This document shows, piece after piece, positions 13,813-31,411 of a stretch of 64,000 nucleotides of DNA. Within the stretch, counting starts at the first letter, position 1, and each line of letters starts with the position of its first letter. A program made the position numbers and the translations under genes. This stretch comes from the human T2T-CHM13v2.0 reference genome, Homo sapiens. The stretch lies in NCBI RefSeq assembly GCF_009914755.1, contig NC_060929.1. One strand, written 5' to 3'. The notes below the pieces were generated by a model, which saw only the letters and a list, made by a program, of their open reading frames with translations, was not told the origin of the DNA and did not search any database.

Positions 13813-14960
13813 GTCTGATAATACCTAGAAATCTGTTAGCTTCATTGGAATCTAGAGAACTGCTGCATTGGTAATAAATTCTATATGCCAGGCCCTGTGC
13901 TGGATACCAGGGACACAAAGAGGATTGGATGACACAGTTGTTTTCCCTCAAGGAGCTCAGTCTGGTGAGTGGAAGCGGTTAATTTCAATGTAATATCATA
14001 AGCATTACACTAAGGATATTAATAGAGGAATATCCAAAGACATTCTTCCTAAAATGAGATTTAGAAAGATTCCTGTAGAGTGACACTGCAGTTGGGCAGA
14101 AAGATATTCCAGGCACAATATGTGGTTAGGTATTCCTTTAGTTCCTGGTTCCAGCTCTTGTGCTGCTGATTGCTGCTTTGTCTAAACTTTCTTGTTATTA
14201 TCCAGAATCATCTCAGGATTTTTTAAGGTTGAGAATATTTGTTGATCGGATAAGTGAATGGTGCGAATAAATAAATGAATAAATGAGTGCCTGAGTAAAG
14301 GGCAAGCCTTCCAGACTTCTACAAGAAGCAAGTTTAGTTGGAATATTGAACTTGTTAGATCAGGTAAGATTTTTGTTGGTTGTTGACAGTTCATTTACCA
14401 GGGATTGACAATGCCCAGTGAATCTGGAAAGACAGTAGCTTGGAGGGAACAGTGATAAGTACTGAAGGATTGTTCAGTTAAGGTGTCTGCAGTCATCAGT
14501 GCCGCCTTCTGTGACTTGTCAGAAAGCCATCCCTAGACTGACCCTTCAGCCAGATCATAGACGGAAAAATAAGAATAGGCTTTGCTTTTTGCTCAGAAAA
14601 TTTTTCTATTAAGACAACCAAAGTGGATTCAGTTCCAAAATTCTTCATCCTAATCTGATAAAGTCCAAGATATGTGGGAAGATTAATTGATGCTCCTGTT
14701 CAGTCCACCAAACTAAATACTCAGAGCCCTCTCAGGGAGCTGTTAATGTGTTTTCTTCCTGTAAGTATGCCTCCTTTTAAGAAAAATTCACTTGCTAAAT
14801 AGAAATTTACATTCACTGTTATATACCATAAATATATACAATTTTGATTTTAAAAAACTTTTAAAGAAATTTACATTCACTGCAAATTTCCTCCTAATGG
14901 CTGATTTCACTAGGGCACTTAAATTGTTGGTTTATAAATAAAATTAATTTCTTCCATTTA

Positions 14961-15296
<336 letters not shown>

Positions 15297-16197
15297 TTAT
15301 TCATTCAAAAGATATTTACTGTGGGCCTACTGTGTGCCACGCAATATAAACATGTAGTGAACAAAACAGGTGAAGTTATTAATCCTCAAAGTTTAGCCTC
15401 TGGGAAGGGCAGGTATTAAATAAATAATCTCATAAGTAATTAGCTACAGCAAATGCATTGGTACAATGAATCAGACCTAGGAAGCCAAGGTAGGGGCCTG
15501 CTAGGACCCTCAAGTCCCAGTCGCTGAAGCCTCCTTGCTCATTCCCCTGGGAGTTTTCAGTCAGCCTCTGGGTCCCTCTTGTTAGTCCTCCTCCATCTGC
15601 CTACAGCAAAAGGTTTCACTGTCTTGTAATGAGAGTCTGGCAAGACAGCCTGGCTGCTGATGACTCTTATCCTAGAAGGGACTTCAGACGTCATCTCCCT
15701 TACCCTCATGCTTCTGATGAGTGAACAGAGGCCCAGATAAGAGGAGGGAAACCGTCACTTAGTCAAGGAATATCTAATCTCTTCCAAGCACTATCACTTG
15801 TTATTTTGAGTTATTTTTACAATAGCTCTCTGATATAGGCATTGTTTTCATTCCCATATTGAGTAATTTACCTAATTTCAGACAGCTGGTAAGTAGCACA
15901 GCTAGCATTCTAACTCCAGTCTACTGGCAGGGCCTGTGCTGGAACCATCATCATTTCAGGGCTCACCTCAATATTATGTAATATATATATAATACACACC
16001 TGTTTTTATTAGCCAATTTATTTCTTTTATATTTGAGTACAATTTTGCTATTTTCAAATAATCATTTCAATTTACTTCAAACTTTTTTAAAGGCAGAAGC
16101 ATCAAAGACCCAAAAAATCTACATAGTAGCTAATCTTGACTAGCATCTTAGCAATATTAAGTTTCCTGATGTGTAATAAGGAGAGTAGGTCTTATGT

Positions 16198-16207
16198 TTA
16201 AAAATAG
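16198..16207 (+). promoter_or_regulatory. Consensus MEF2 site TTAAAAATAG in unique intron-1 sequence
   Basis: Exact match to YTA(W)4TAR; function not demonstrated. Confidence 0.35.
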
Positions 16208-17111
16208 ACATTAGGCAATCCAGTGTGATTGCATTTTCGTAAGGCCAAAGATAGTAGCACCCAAATAACTTCCTTATATGCTGTATGGGATCATGTAACA
16301 AACTTGCAACAGTTATTTACCATAATATGTATAAAATTCAGATCCTCTGTTTAAAAGACAATTTATATTAGTTTTGGGGTCATGAACTTTGAAGTTTTTC
16401 TGTTTATTTATTTTTTCCAAGAGGACATGAGAAGAGATTGAGACAACTGACTTCGGCTCTTCTTAGAATTTTGGGAGCTCCAAGAAGAGCTTCAATAAAT
16501 CCCCTAGTCATCCATCACCATTTTGGGCATAAATCAGGTTACATTGCATTAAAAAACAAAAAACAAAAACAAAAAAAAAACACCTGATAGAACTGAGAAG
16601 ACCAAGATTATCATCCTGGCTGTGCCACTTACTAGTTGTGTGACGTGGGGCAGGATACTTCACCTGTCTGTGTCTTTACCACAGCTTTCCCACTTTCTCC
16701 CTGACTGGCCCCTGTCTACCTCTCTCAGCTCATCTCAAGCCACTGTGCCATTTTCACTACATGCAAGCCAGCAGGCTAATGAGCTTGTTCCTCATCCAGG
16801 TCTTTGCTCTTGCTGTCTGCTGTCTCTGGAATGCTTCTTTAAATCCACTCTTCAGGTTTTGGTGCAAATAACGCTTTATAAAAGGGGCTTTCCTCAACTG
16901 CCCTGCCGCATGGGCTTAGTTCACTCCCTTCTTGTCTTCCGTGGTCACATCATTCATTATTTCACATTGCGCTTCATAGCACCTATCGTTATCTGCAATT
17001 TTATTTATTATTGACACCACCAGAATGTAAATTCCATGAGGGAAGGGGCCTTGCTTCTCTGTTGCATTGCCAACAGCTAGAACGCAGTGCCTGCTACACA
17101 GTAGGGGCCTA

Positions 17112-17559
<448 letters not shown>

Positions 17560-18749
17560 CTAACAAATCATCTTGTTCTTTATTATCCTTGTGCCAAGAT
17601 AATAAAGGGCATGGAGAATGAAAACTGAGCAGTGGTCATTGAATCTGGCAAAATGCAAGTCCATAGGGAGAGATGAATAACTAATAGAAATGCAGTCACC
17701 TTTGAGAGGGTTTAAGCCTATCAGCATCTGCTTTAAATTGAATCCATTTTTGAATAGATCCTTTCAAATACAGGATCTAGGTTACTTTCCTGAGAGAAGA
17801 GGACACTAGAAAGTAGAAAGAGGGAAGTGGGTGCCTAGAAGAGGAGAGGGCATCCAGAGCAGACTGGGTGATATAGTTGTGCCTCAGTCTATCCTGCTAA
17901 CAGGAGTGAACCGAGGGTATCACCCAGAAAACTGCAGAAAACTGGCTACAAACTGGCCTCAGTCACTGATAACTGCAGGAAGGGGTGACATTCTTATTTC
18001 CCTGACTCCTCAGAGAATCCGAAACAGAAGGAGAAGTTGAGCATGGACAGAGTTAACCGTGTTGACTTATAAACTAGAACTGCCTGAAACCAAATGTGGA
18101 GTTAAAGCATCTGATAGAGTTAGGACCCCTAGTGCATTTACATACTTGACTCATTAAAAGAAAATTCTGGTGGAGTCCCTGGACACCATCCTAGGTGGTC
18201 AGGGAGATGCAGGATAATACAGGCTTTGTGGCTGGAGGGCCAAGCCCAAGAGAGGAATGCTGGCATCTGAAGATCAGGCCTTATTTATCTGAATAACTGA
18301 CTGGAATCAGTGGTCTACTTTACCTTAGAGAGAAATGGCAAGAAATGGCAACCACTCTTATATTTTTCTTTCTCTTTCTGTTCAGTTCATACTTGCTGCT
18401 CAACCTGCTACAGTTTTCACTTGTCAATCTCATAAGTTTCCTTTGACTGAGTTTGCATAGTTTAACACTTTAGAATCATGAATTCAGAAACCCAGGCTTT
18501 AGTGACAACACTGCCACCAAACAGGTTTCAGTTTGCTAGGAAAGCCTTACGTAAGTTATTTTCTGTAGGTGAGAGGTGCTGCCTTGGGTTCCAGAATCTT
18601 CGCCAGTTAGTTTTGATTTGCAATAGAAGTAAACTGTGCTCAATTTAAGCAGAAAATTGGTTGGTAGCTCATAAATCGTGGGAAGGTTGGAGAACTAGTC
18701 ATTAAACAGGAACAGCCCCTCAAACCATGCCTTAAAACTGGTCTGATGA

Positions 18750-21050
18750 ATTATTTCAACTCAATTTTAAAAAGACAACCCAATTTAAAAATAGGCAAAG
18801 GATCTGAATAGAAGTTCTCTAAAGAAAATATACAGATGTCCAGTGAGCACATGAAAAGATGGTCAACATCATTATCCATCAGATAAATGTCAAATAAAAC
18901 CACAACAAAGCCTAAGTGTCTATTAATGGATGAGTGGATAAGGAAAATGGGATATATAGACACAATGGAATATTATTCGGCTATAAAAAGCAATGAAATT
19001 CTATCATTTGCAGAGATGTGGATGGATCTGGAGATCATTACGTTAAGGGAAATAAGCCAAGCACAGATAGACAAATATCACATGTTCTCAGTCATTGGGA
19101 GCTAAGAAAGTAGATCTCATGAAGATAGAGAGTAGATTGGTGGTTACTACAGGCCAGGAAGGGTAGCAGGGAGGCAGGGATGAAGAGAGATTGATTAATG
19201 GGTACAAATATACACTTAGGGCTGGGCGCAGTGGCTCACACCTGTAATCCCAGGACTTCGGGAGGCTGAGGCAAGCGGATCACTTGAGGCCAGGAGTTCA
19301 AGACCAACCTGGCCAGCATAGTGAAACCCCATCTCTACTAAAAATACAAAAAAAAAAAAAAAAATTAGCCGAGTGTGGTAGTGCATGCCTGTAGTCCCAG
19401 CTACTTAGACAGGAGAATCACTTGAACCCAGCAGGTAGAGGTTGTAGTGAGTGGGATTGCGCCACTGCACTCCAGAGCAAGACTCTGTCTCAAATAAATA
19501 AACAAACAAACAAACAAATACACTTAGAACAAATAATACCTGGTGTTTGATAGATCAGTAGGGTGATTGTAGTTAACATTAATTGACTGTACATTTCAAA
19601 ATATCTAGAAGAAAATAAATTAAATGTTCCTAGGGTAAAGAAAAAATAAATGTTTAAGGTAATGGATATCCTAATTACCCTGACTTGATTGTAAAATGTC
19701 TCAAATGATCACATGTACTGAGAAAATATGTACAGCTATTACATATCAATAAAAATAAATTAAAATCTCACACACACAAAACCACAATAAGATACCACTT
19801 CACACTTTCTAAGACGGCAAAGACAGATGTTGGGAGAGGATGCGGAAGTATCAGAATCCTCATATAACACTGGTAGGAATGTAAAATTGTACAACCACTT
19901 TAGAAAACAGTCTGGCAGTTTCTCAAACAGTTAAACATAGAGTTACCATATGACTCTGCAGTTCCACTCCTAGGTATGTACTCGAGAGAAATGAACACAT
20001 TTGCCCACATAAAAATCTGTACATTAATATTCATAGCATCATTATTCATAATAGCCAATAAATGGAAACAACCCAAATGTCCATTAACTAATGAAGAGAT
20101 AAAGAGGCCAGGCGTGGTGGCTCACACCTGTAATCCCAGCACTTTGGGAGGCCGAGGCGGGTGGATCATGAGGTCAGGAGATGGAGACCATCCTGGCTAA
20201 CACAGTGAAACTCCATCTCTACTAAAAATACAGAAAATTAGCGGGGCGTGGTGGCGGGCGCCTGTAGGCAGGAGAATGGCATGAACCCAGGAGGTGAAGC
20301 TTGCAGTGAGCTGAGATCTTGCGACTGCACTCCAGCCTGGGTGACAGAGCGAGACTCCATCTCAATAAAAACAGATAAAGAAAATGTGGGCTGGGTGCAG
20401 TGGCTCACACCTGTAATCCTAACCAATACTTTGGGAGGCCAAGGCAGGAGGATCATTTCCACCCGGAGCAACATGGCGAGACCCTGTTTTTACAAAAAAA
20501 TTTAAAAATTAGCTGAGCATGGTATAGTTCTAGCTATTCTGGAGTCTGAGATGGGAGGGTTGCTTAAGCCCAGAAGTTTGAGGCTATGGCAAGCTATGAT
20601 CGGCCACTGCACTCTAGCCTGGGCAACAGAGCAAGACCCTGTCTCAAAAAAAAGGGTTATATTCATACAATGGAATATTATTTGGCCATAAAAAGGAATG
20701 AAGTACTGATACATGAATGGACCCTGAAAACTTTATGCTAAGTAAAATAAGTCAGATACAAAGGAAAACATATTGTATGGTTTCATTTATATAAAATGCC
20801 CAGAATAGGCAAATCTGTAGAGACCCAGAGTAGATTTGTGTTTGCCTAGAGCTGGAAGGGAGATGTGGAAGGGATTAGGGGTGATGCTTTAGGGGCATGG
20901 GGTGTCTTTTTGGGGTGATGAAAATGTTCTAAAATTATCTGTGGTGATGATTGCACAACTCTGTAAATATACTGAAAGCCATTGAATGGTACACTTTAAA
21001 AGGGTGAATTTTATAGTATGTGAATCATACTACAATAAAGCAGTTTTTAA
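18750..21050 (+). mobile_element. Old L1 (L1M-type) 3' fragments interrupted by Alus at ~19220-19517, 20106-20368 and 20388-20653
   Basis: ORF2 C-terminal relics (KPKCLLMDEWIRKMGYIDTMEYYSAIK; [10 protein letters not shown]) and L1 3' UTR motifs. Confidence 0.85.
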
Positions 21051-22070
21051 AAAATCATCTGGTGAGGAAACTGTTGCCATGGCTGGGGCACTAGATGTCA
21101 CAATTTGTGCTATTGCCACATCCACACCAGCAGTTCCATATTGCAGCAACTGGGACCCCTGCTACTGCCAGAGAGAACAAGGAGCTGCACATCTATTTCT
21201 TTCCTCAGTAGCTCTCAAGTCGGTCTAAAAACGGATGTGAAGGTCTTCACTAGGAGAGTATCTGGTGCTGTCAGCTCTGTCTCCCCAGGCCCCCCAAGGT
21301 GGGGAATTCACCAACTGGGAAGAGAGATCATTTGCTCAATTGTCTTTTTGGATGTCAGATGTCTGCTGGACCAGCAGGGGGCCCCGGGCTAGGCTTTTCT
21401 TCAGATTTTGTTACCTGACCCTCAGATCATTTAACACAGGATGCAGTATATTTTGCTATTTCTGTGGATGTACAACACTTTGTTTAAGCAATAGAATAAA
21501 CTAGTTAATATTTCCCAAGGAAATTTAATTGAAAATACAACATAGGTCAGTGAACAGATAAAACCATATGAGGTTGAAGTTTTCCCCCATTAAATATCAG
21601 CTGAATCTGAGTATTCACTGTTTATTCCAGCATGGACATTCCATTTTACAATAAGAACAAAAAAGTCTTTCACTCTGGCCTCAATATGACCTGTCTTACA
21701 CACCTTGGTATTTCTGCTTTGAGGTTTCAAAACTCCTTTGAGATCGTATCACTGTTTGCTATTATCAGGAATTTAATTCCTTCTAAAGCCTTTTGGTCTG
21801 TATGCCTAGGGTAATCCTCCTTTGGAGAATTGTCACCATCTCACAGGTGGGCTATAATAGAGTGTATGTATGACCCTGGTTCAGGGGAGAAATCAGACTC
21901 CAGTAGTGTCAGATTGTCTTCTCTGGTAAGTTGGAAATGGAGGCAGAGATTCTCTTTAGTTAGCTTGGAGGTTTGGGGGACATTTCTCAACTTTTTGGAG
22001 ATCTAGTCAACTTTATTTTGATCTTTTCTTGAAAATTATTAATTTTTCTGTCAGTCAAAAAATATTCTAG

Positions 22071-22358
22071 GGCCGGGAACAGTGGCACATGCCTGTAATC
22101 CCAACACTGAAAGGCTGAGGCAGAAGGATTGATTGAGCCCAGGAGTTTGAGGCCAGCCTTGTCCACATAGGGAGACCCCCATCTCTACAAAAAATTAAAA
22201 AATTAGCTGGGCATCGTGATGCGCACCTGTAGTCCCAGCTACTTGGGAGGCTGAGGTGGGAGGACGATTTGAACCCAGAGGTCAAGGCTGCCATGAGCTG
22301 CGATTGCACCACTGCACTTCAGCTTGGGCAGCAAAGTGAGACTGTGTTAAAAAAAAAA
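22071..22358 (+). mobile_element. Alu (AluJ-like)
   Basis: Diverged dimer. Confidence 0.88.
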
Positions 22359-22937
22359 TTCTAAATGTACATCTGTGAAACTGTCCAAACTGTCCAAGAT
22401 GTGGTAAAGAAGAATATTAGCTAAAATTGCTGAGCATAATTTGGTATCTAAGATGGTGTCCAGGAAAAAAAAAAAAAGGTATTTAATGCTAAATAAAAAC
22501 TCTCTGTCAAGGCAGGAATCCCAGAGTGTAGAAGGGTGGGGAGGTGACAATCCATAGGGAAAGGGTATGACCCCCACTGTGGGTCTGAATGCTGTATCAC
22601 ACTCAAGTGTGTTTCTGAAACCTTAAAACAGTTCACCCAAAGTAGAGCGACCAGAATCCTGTGAGCAGACCCTGTGTGCAAGGGTCTGAAAGCCATTCGA
22701 ACTGGTCCTATCACCCAGGAGAGGCTCCATCCTTCATCAAAGCAAGTCATGCCAACAAGCAGAAGTTTTCCTACCCCTTTATTTTTGTTCTCTTGGATAT
22801 AGATATTAGAAGAGGGAAAAGCAATAAAATATCTTTTCTGAAAGCCAGGAGTCCCTGCCTTTGTTCTTGGTTGATCTCTTAATCTCTTTGGGAAATAATT
22901 TTCTGTTACTGAGGGTGCCATTTGGGGATAGCTATGT

Positions 22938-22986
22938 TGAGAGAGAGAGAGGGAGAGAAAGAGAGAGAAAGAGGGAGAGAGAGAGA
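22938..22986. repeat. (GA)n-rich polypurine microsatellite
   Basis: gagagagagagagggagagaaagagagagaaagagggagagagagag. Confidence 0.85.
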
Positions 22987-23250
22987 AAATACTTGTAGAG
23001 ACAAGGAGAGACCAGAGCCAAATTGACACATCAGAGATAGAGTAGCTCCCTTGACTCCTGATGGTTTTCCTGTTTCCCCTTCACTGGGAGGCCTAAATAT
23101 ACCTCTGGCCCCTGGAACCTATGAGAAGTCTCTATTTCTTTAAAATAAAAACCCTCTATTTAACCTAGCCTGAAAGAGTTTGTTCCTTACCACCACAAGT
23201 GCCTTAACCCCTTCTTAACATTTCTAACAGCTTTTAAACATTTTTCTCCT

Positions 23251-23588
<338 letters not shown>

Positions 23589-24259
23589 CTAAGCCAGAGC
23601 TAGCCAAAAGAACCCCTTAAAACTGGAGTTATGCCCAACATGTCCAGAAATACTATAAATAGATAGATAGATATAGTATTTTTTTTTTTTTACAATCAGG
23701 AATGTTTTGGACATCAATAATAACCCTAACACTGAAACCCAAAGCTACCATTAGTCCTTAATCACCACAACATGCCTGCAGAAAATTTTTAAAAACCTGC
23801 TTCAGAATTGAAAGAACTTTTATTTCCCACCCACACATCTTCCCACTGCAAATATTTTAAACTTGATTGAACAGAGCTACAGACCTGAAGAAAGGTCTAT
23901 ATTGACCTAACACCAACTTAAGCATATATCATCCAGGAGCTGGTAGAGAAAAAGTCTTGATCAATTTCAGTTTGATCTCACCAATCAGCGTCTAGGACTT
24001 TCTTTCAATCTCTCCTGGAGTTCTCTTGGAGAACTGAATACTAGCAGTTCTCTGGAATGCACTGTTGATAGCCACTTGACCTCTTTGAGCCTCAGACTCT
24101 GAAAGAAGCAGGTACTGCTACCTGCTTCACAGGTACCTGTGGGGGTAAATGAGAATGGAGATACACAAGGACATCATATGTTCCTGGCACAGAGTGGGAC
24201 ATGGACGAGTGTCAGTTTTCTCTTCTCTCCCTTCCCCATCATCTACTAGTACCCTGAAC

Positions 24260-25133
24260 TATTGCAGGATCTGGCCAGCAGCCCGCAATGCAACAGGGCT
24301 CTTTCTTTGTTCCCAGGTGGATCAGCAGGTCGAGAAATAATAGACACACGCAAGATAATGAAAGCTGGGTCCAGGGGAGTCACCGCCTTCTGGTCCTGCG
24401 ATGCTGCCAATGTGCTGGATATACCAGCATTTATTATTAAGTTTAGTGAGGGCGGGGGTAGGTTAGTGAGGGATTTAGGGTCATTTGATTATGAGGTGAG
24501 ATGGTCACATGGGGATGAAGTAATTCTTTAACATAACATCTGTATGCAGAAGTACAGTATACAGAGATAAGAATTTACAATATAGTGTGTGCATCTGTAA
24601 TTTCTAACAGAGCCTTAAAACAGAAGCACAGTCTTTCCATAACCTGTGATTAGCAAGATATTAATCAGCAGTAACAGTTGCAGCAAAAGCTGGTTACAAA
24701 CAATCCATAGAAACAGGACGTGAAGCTAGACAACCGGTTAGACCAGAAATTCTCAGAACGGAGTACGCCTTAACCCTAAAGAGGCCTAGAAGAGTCATGG
24801 CAAGATCAGGGCGTTTATAGCCCTATCTTATCCATATGAACAGGTGCCCCTCATGCGTCCGTTTATAGGCTCTCCACAGGGGTCTCATTCCATTCCCAGA
24901 GCTATGAACATCTGCTTTTCTGGGATAGGAATCTTGGTGATGTGAAACCTCCCTGACTGCACGTCCATTCATAGGCTCTCTGTGGGGGGAAGCACATCAC
25001 GCGCTGTTGGCTCATTCTGGCAGTGCAACCTGGCATTGTCTTTACACAGTCCTGCATGCAATTTTGTATTTACAATAATCAGGAGCATTTCATCTTTTAT
25101 TCTGTAGCAATAGTTTCAGGGGGTCTCCCTACA
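24260..25133 (-). mobile_element. Solo ERVK-class LTR, probably MER11D (HML-7)
   Basis: 874 bp. Minus strand runs TGTAGGGAGACCCCCTGAAAC...GATCCTGCAATA. Perfect 6-bp TSD CTGAAC (24254-24259 and 25134-25139), typical of betaretroviral integration. Subfamily name from memory. Confidence 0.8.
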
Positions 25134-26044
25134 CTGAACATGAGTTGTTTCCTAGGTTCATGTTGCCATTTCTAGCAATGCTATTCTTCAGCCAGCACTC
25201 CTTACCCTGCACCCTTAGTTGAGCTGCACTCCTAGATGTACAAATAACTCTTCTTAGTTTTTTTGCTTCGTTTTAATTTTAAATCAAAACTAGGTGTGAA
25301 CTCCAGTGTGGACTGCACCTATCCTCACTAGTGTCTTTTCTCTAATTTTCTTGGTGTGGCTTGTTGGAAAATGTTAAAGCTTTCTAGTTAGTATTTGAAT
25401 ACATTTCAGGGTCCTAAATGATGAGTGTTAAAGCCCCACTGCAAGAATTGTCAGCTTTGAACAGAATAGAGCCAGGAATGATGCACCTGCAGCCACTGAG
25501 ACATACAACTGGAACGGCCCACTCAGCATAACTTTATGAATGTTTCTAGCACTAGAAAGGATTTCATTTTACATTTCTATTTGTTTAAGGACTGTGTGTA
25601 GCTTGCCTTTTGAACACATAATACACACTCAAAGATGTTGACTAAGTTAATGAATAATAAATGATGATGAATCAATGAATTCAATGAATAATGAATGATA
25701 CAGGGAAGAATAATTAGAAGACATATTAATTTTGCTTAGTTACACTTTCCAGAGGTAATCATTATTAAAGAGGTACCTTTTGGCTTAATTATAGGCTTAT
25801 TAATAAATTAAAGTGAGTTTACATATCTTCAAAATTTGGACTTCACAAGGTTAATTCAACACTGAAAAGGAAAAGGAAGAGAAGAAAAATATTTTCATTT
25901 GTCATTTGCCTAGTATGACACGAGATGTTTTACATATCATTTCCACATAACTACCTTATAAAGTAGATATGAGCCACCTGTTGAACTAATGATGACCTTC
26001 AAGCCCCGGAAAGGAAGGGGAAGTAATTTGCCTGAGCTCACACA

Positions 26045-26393
26045 GTGCCTTAGTCTGTCCGTACTGCTATACCAAAATACCTAAGACTGAGTAATTTAGA
26101 AATAACAGAACTTTATTTCTCAGAGCTCTGGAGGCTGGGAAGTCTGAGATCAAGGCACTGCAGATTCAGTGTCTGGTGAGGGCTTGAACCTCCTTGCTGA
26201 GTCCTCACACAGTGGATGGGCAAAAGGCCCTAGAGTGCTCCCTTCAGCCTCTTTCATAAGATTGCCAATCCCATTTGTGAAGCCTCCATCCTCATGACTT
26301 AATCATCTCCTAATGACCCCAGCTATTAATACTATCACATTAGTGATTATGTTTCAATATATGAATTTTATGAGACACATTCAGACCATAGCA
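26045..26393 (-). mobile_element. MaLR LTR (MLT1A/MST-like)
   Basis: tttatttctcagagctctggaggctgggaagtctgagatcaagg; the minus strand starts tgctatggtctgaatg. Confidence 0.75.
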
Positions 26394-26598
26394 CATAGCT
26401 AATAAGTAATGAAGCCAGGATTTAAACCTAGGCTGCTCTGAAGTCAAAAATGCTATTTCTACCATGCTGTTTCTATCCCACGGACTTAGCACTGTGGGGT
26501 ATATTAAGATAATGACACATAGTTTCTGTCTCAAGAAACTTATTGTTAAGTAGAAGACACATGGCAAATACTAATCATAATAATAGAAAGTAACATTT

Positions 26599-27224
<626 letters not shown>

Positions 27225-27709
27225 TTAGTTTTTTAAAAATGGTAGTTACCAGAGAAGTACTCTGCTGAATTCCAGTAAATCTGAAGTATTGTATTTCAGA
27301 GAAGAAAGTGAGGTAAGAGCCGGCTCAGTGACACTTTGGTTTTCTACAAACAGGTATCAAGGCAGGGCTCACATGGTACCCAGTGTTGCTAAGAGTATGG
27401 GTAAGAATGTGTGGCTCTCGTACACACTACTGATAGGAATGCAAATTAATCAACCTCTCTGGAGGGAAAACTGTCAATATGTGTAAAAAGCCTGAAAAAA
27501 TTATTTTGCTTTTGAGTCTCAAATTCTACTACCATATTATTCTAAGAAAAAAAAATGTGCTGAAAGATGTATCTGTAAGGATGTTTATCAGAGTTATTAT
27601 AGAGGAAACTTGGAAACAATCTAAATGTTCAACAACAGGGTACTGGGTAAAGAAAGTGTTACATGATGGAATGCTATGTTAACTATTAAATAGGAAGTTG
27701 TGGAACTGC

Positions 27710-28715
<1,006 letters not shown>

Positions 28716-30469
28716 AAAAGTATATTTAATAGCATGAAAAAATGTTCAGAATGTATTTTTTAATTTAAAAAAAGCACATTACAAAACATATCATTTGTGT
28801 AAAAGAGGCACATCTCAGGATAGATCAAGAATGAAGAATGCTGATATATTAAAAGTGGTCATCTGAGTGCTGGGATTACTGGTTGTTTTAATTTTCTTTT
28901 TTTGTGTGCTTCTGTTTTCCTATATATCCTACAGTGAAATTTATATTTGGTAATTAGAAAAATTTTTTATTTTTACAGGTAGGACCTAAAAATCTTGAAC
29001 TTTCCCCTGAGTTCAACTGAGGAATGGGGCAAAATGTATTAACAAGGGTGGTCTGTATTATGGTTTTTAAAACATTTTACTGGATCAAATGCACATCATT
29101 TTTAGTGGGTTTTTCTGTCTTTCTCTTTTGTGGGTGATTAATAAGAGAATCTTATGGGAAATTCAGCTTAATTTTTAGAACTCCTGAAGAGATGTAAGTG
29201 CTATAGTCTTATAACAATGATTTTGGGGATGCAAAGTTTTCCAATAATCTAACTTATTCCAATACAGTCCTCTATAAAAACAAAGCTATTGAATCTCCAA
29301 TTCTGAGGTTTTACAAGTCAGAAATCAAAAGGCTACTAGCAAGTTATTTCCTAATGTATCAGTAAGGATTTTACTTAATCTCTTTGTTTTTTCCCCCTGT
29401 GGAATTTTAGAGACTTCTTTTTATAAGTTCTATTTTACTGTTGGTTATGTTTTAGGTAAGAGGTTTCTTGTGTTTTTCTGGTGGTGCTGTTTGAGCCTGA
29501 TGATGGGTCCATCAGGTAGGTCGTCTGGGTGCTTTTCACTGGCAGCTCCACCAATAGCCAGGCTGCTGCTGATCTGCTTTCAACTTCAGAGGGATCAGGC
29601 ACCCCTGCCACCAACCGTACCTGGCAGAATTTGTCTAAAGTGGAATAGCCACTAAAGGTGGTACAGAGAGAAAAAGAATGTAAACTACGTAGACAATTGC
29701 TTGGAAAGTTGAAGAGGACAGAGGCAAAGTTTAATTGTCAATATAGGTTTTGTTAGCAGACTTTGTAAATTATGTTCTTGAGAAATGAATCTTTCAGGTC
29801 GCAAAGGCTACATTGGAGAAAGAAATTAACCGCTTTCAAAAAAAGATAAAGATTCCCATATACCCTTATAGATCATTGGTTTGAGAATAAATAAAAAAAT
29901 GGGGGCTGGGAAATTTTCTAAACATTTTATGTATGCACAAAAGAACATACTTTCTAATACTGTACTTGAAGAAAACACAAAGTTAATGGCGCTAATAAGT
30001 TATCATCCAGAGCTGATCCAGCAGAAAATATTTGAGGATTTGTCAGTAACCATAATATAATGATTAATTTTTCTTGATGAATTATTGGCAGCATTAATTG
30101 TGGGCCTAGATTGAAATTCAGTGGAGGAGCACCCAGAAATTGAAGAGAACGTGTATGGTTGTTTTTCAATCACAATTTTCAGTATGATCCCCTTCCATCT
30201 TCACTCCCTCTTCACATATGGTACAGCAGTATCTCAAGGATGCTTCTCTCCGTAGCTGGAGAGTGCCATCACTGGGCCTCCAGAGGACTCTCTCTTAGGT
30301 TTATCCAAACAGGCCCGGAGAACCAACACACTGCCACCCAAGTCTGTCTGCTGGCACCAGGCAAAGGGGTCCTCTCTCCTGAAACTCCAGGGCTGGGATG
30401 TACTTCACCTATCCCTGTTCATCCCAGGAGCATCTGCTGGAGTGAGACATTGGTGTTTTATTTATTTAT

Positions 30470-30794
<325 letters not shown>

Positions 30795-31411
30795 TGACAG
30801 AGAAAAAAAAAAGTGTTGCCAAACACTATATTAGGTATATGGACAAACCCCGATTCCATCTAATAGATGAGCTGGGCTTTATTTTTAAATGTATTACTAT
30901 TATTATTTTCAAGGCTACAATGTAAGGGCTCTTTCTCTGTTGCAAATTTAATACAAAAAATTGCTGGAAGGCCATGAAGGAAATCTGATCAGATTTCTTC
31001 TACTTTTTGGACTGATTTGCCCTCATACTTCATGTTTTTATGGAGTTATAATTGTATTAGGAAAAAAAAGTCAGTGTAACAGGTGGGGAGAAGTCTATCA
31101 TGGCTCACTGGTTTATTTTAAAAAAGATCCCAACCTGACATATTCTATTCAGATGAAGTGCTCTGTCTCTTAGTAACCACCACTCAACATTCATGGGAAT
31201 TTGACAGCAGTGGCTGGCTTCTGCTCTGTGCTAATATTCAGTAGCTGTTGAAGAATTCCAGCACTAAACAGTTAAGCCTATTTAACTCCTTTGCTGGGAG
31301 TCCCAGGAACCTGAACATTCTCATCCTTCATGGTTTTTCACTTGTATCCTCAGCCAAGGTTGGTGTTGCCTATGGTTGAGTGTCTTTTCTCACTCTTGAG
31401 TCTGCCTTCAC

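Noticed and set aside
22448-23029. 193-aa minus-strand ORF
   Set aside because: Begins in a (TC)n microsatellite with a non-ATG start; no recognisable homology or splice context.
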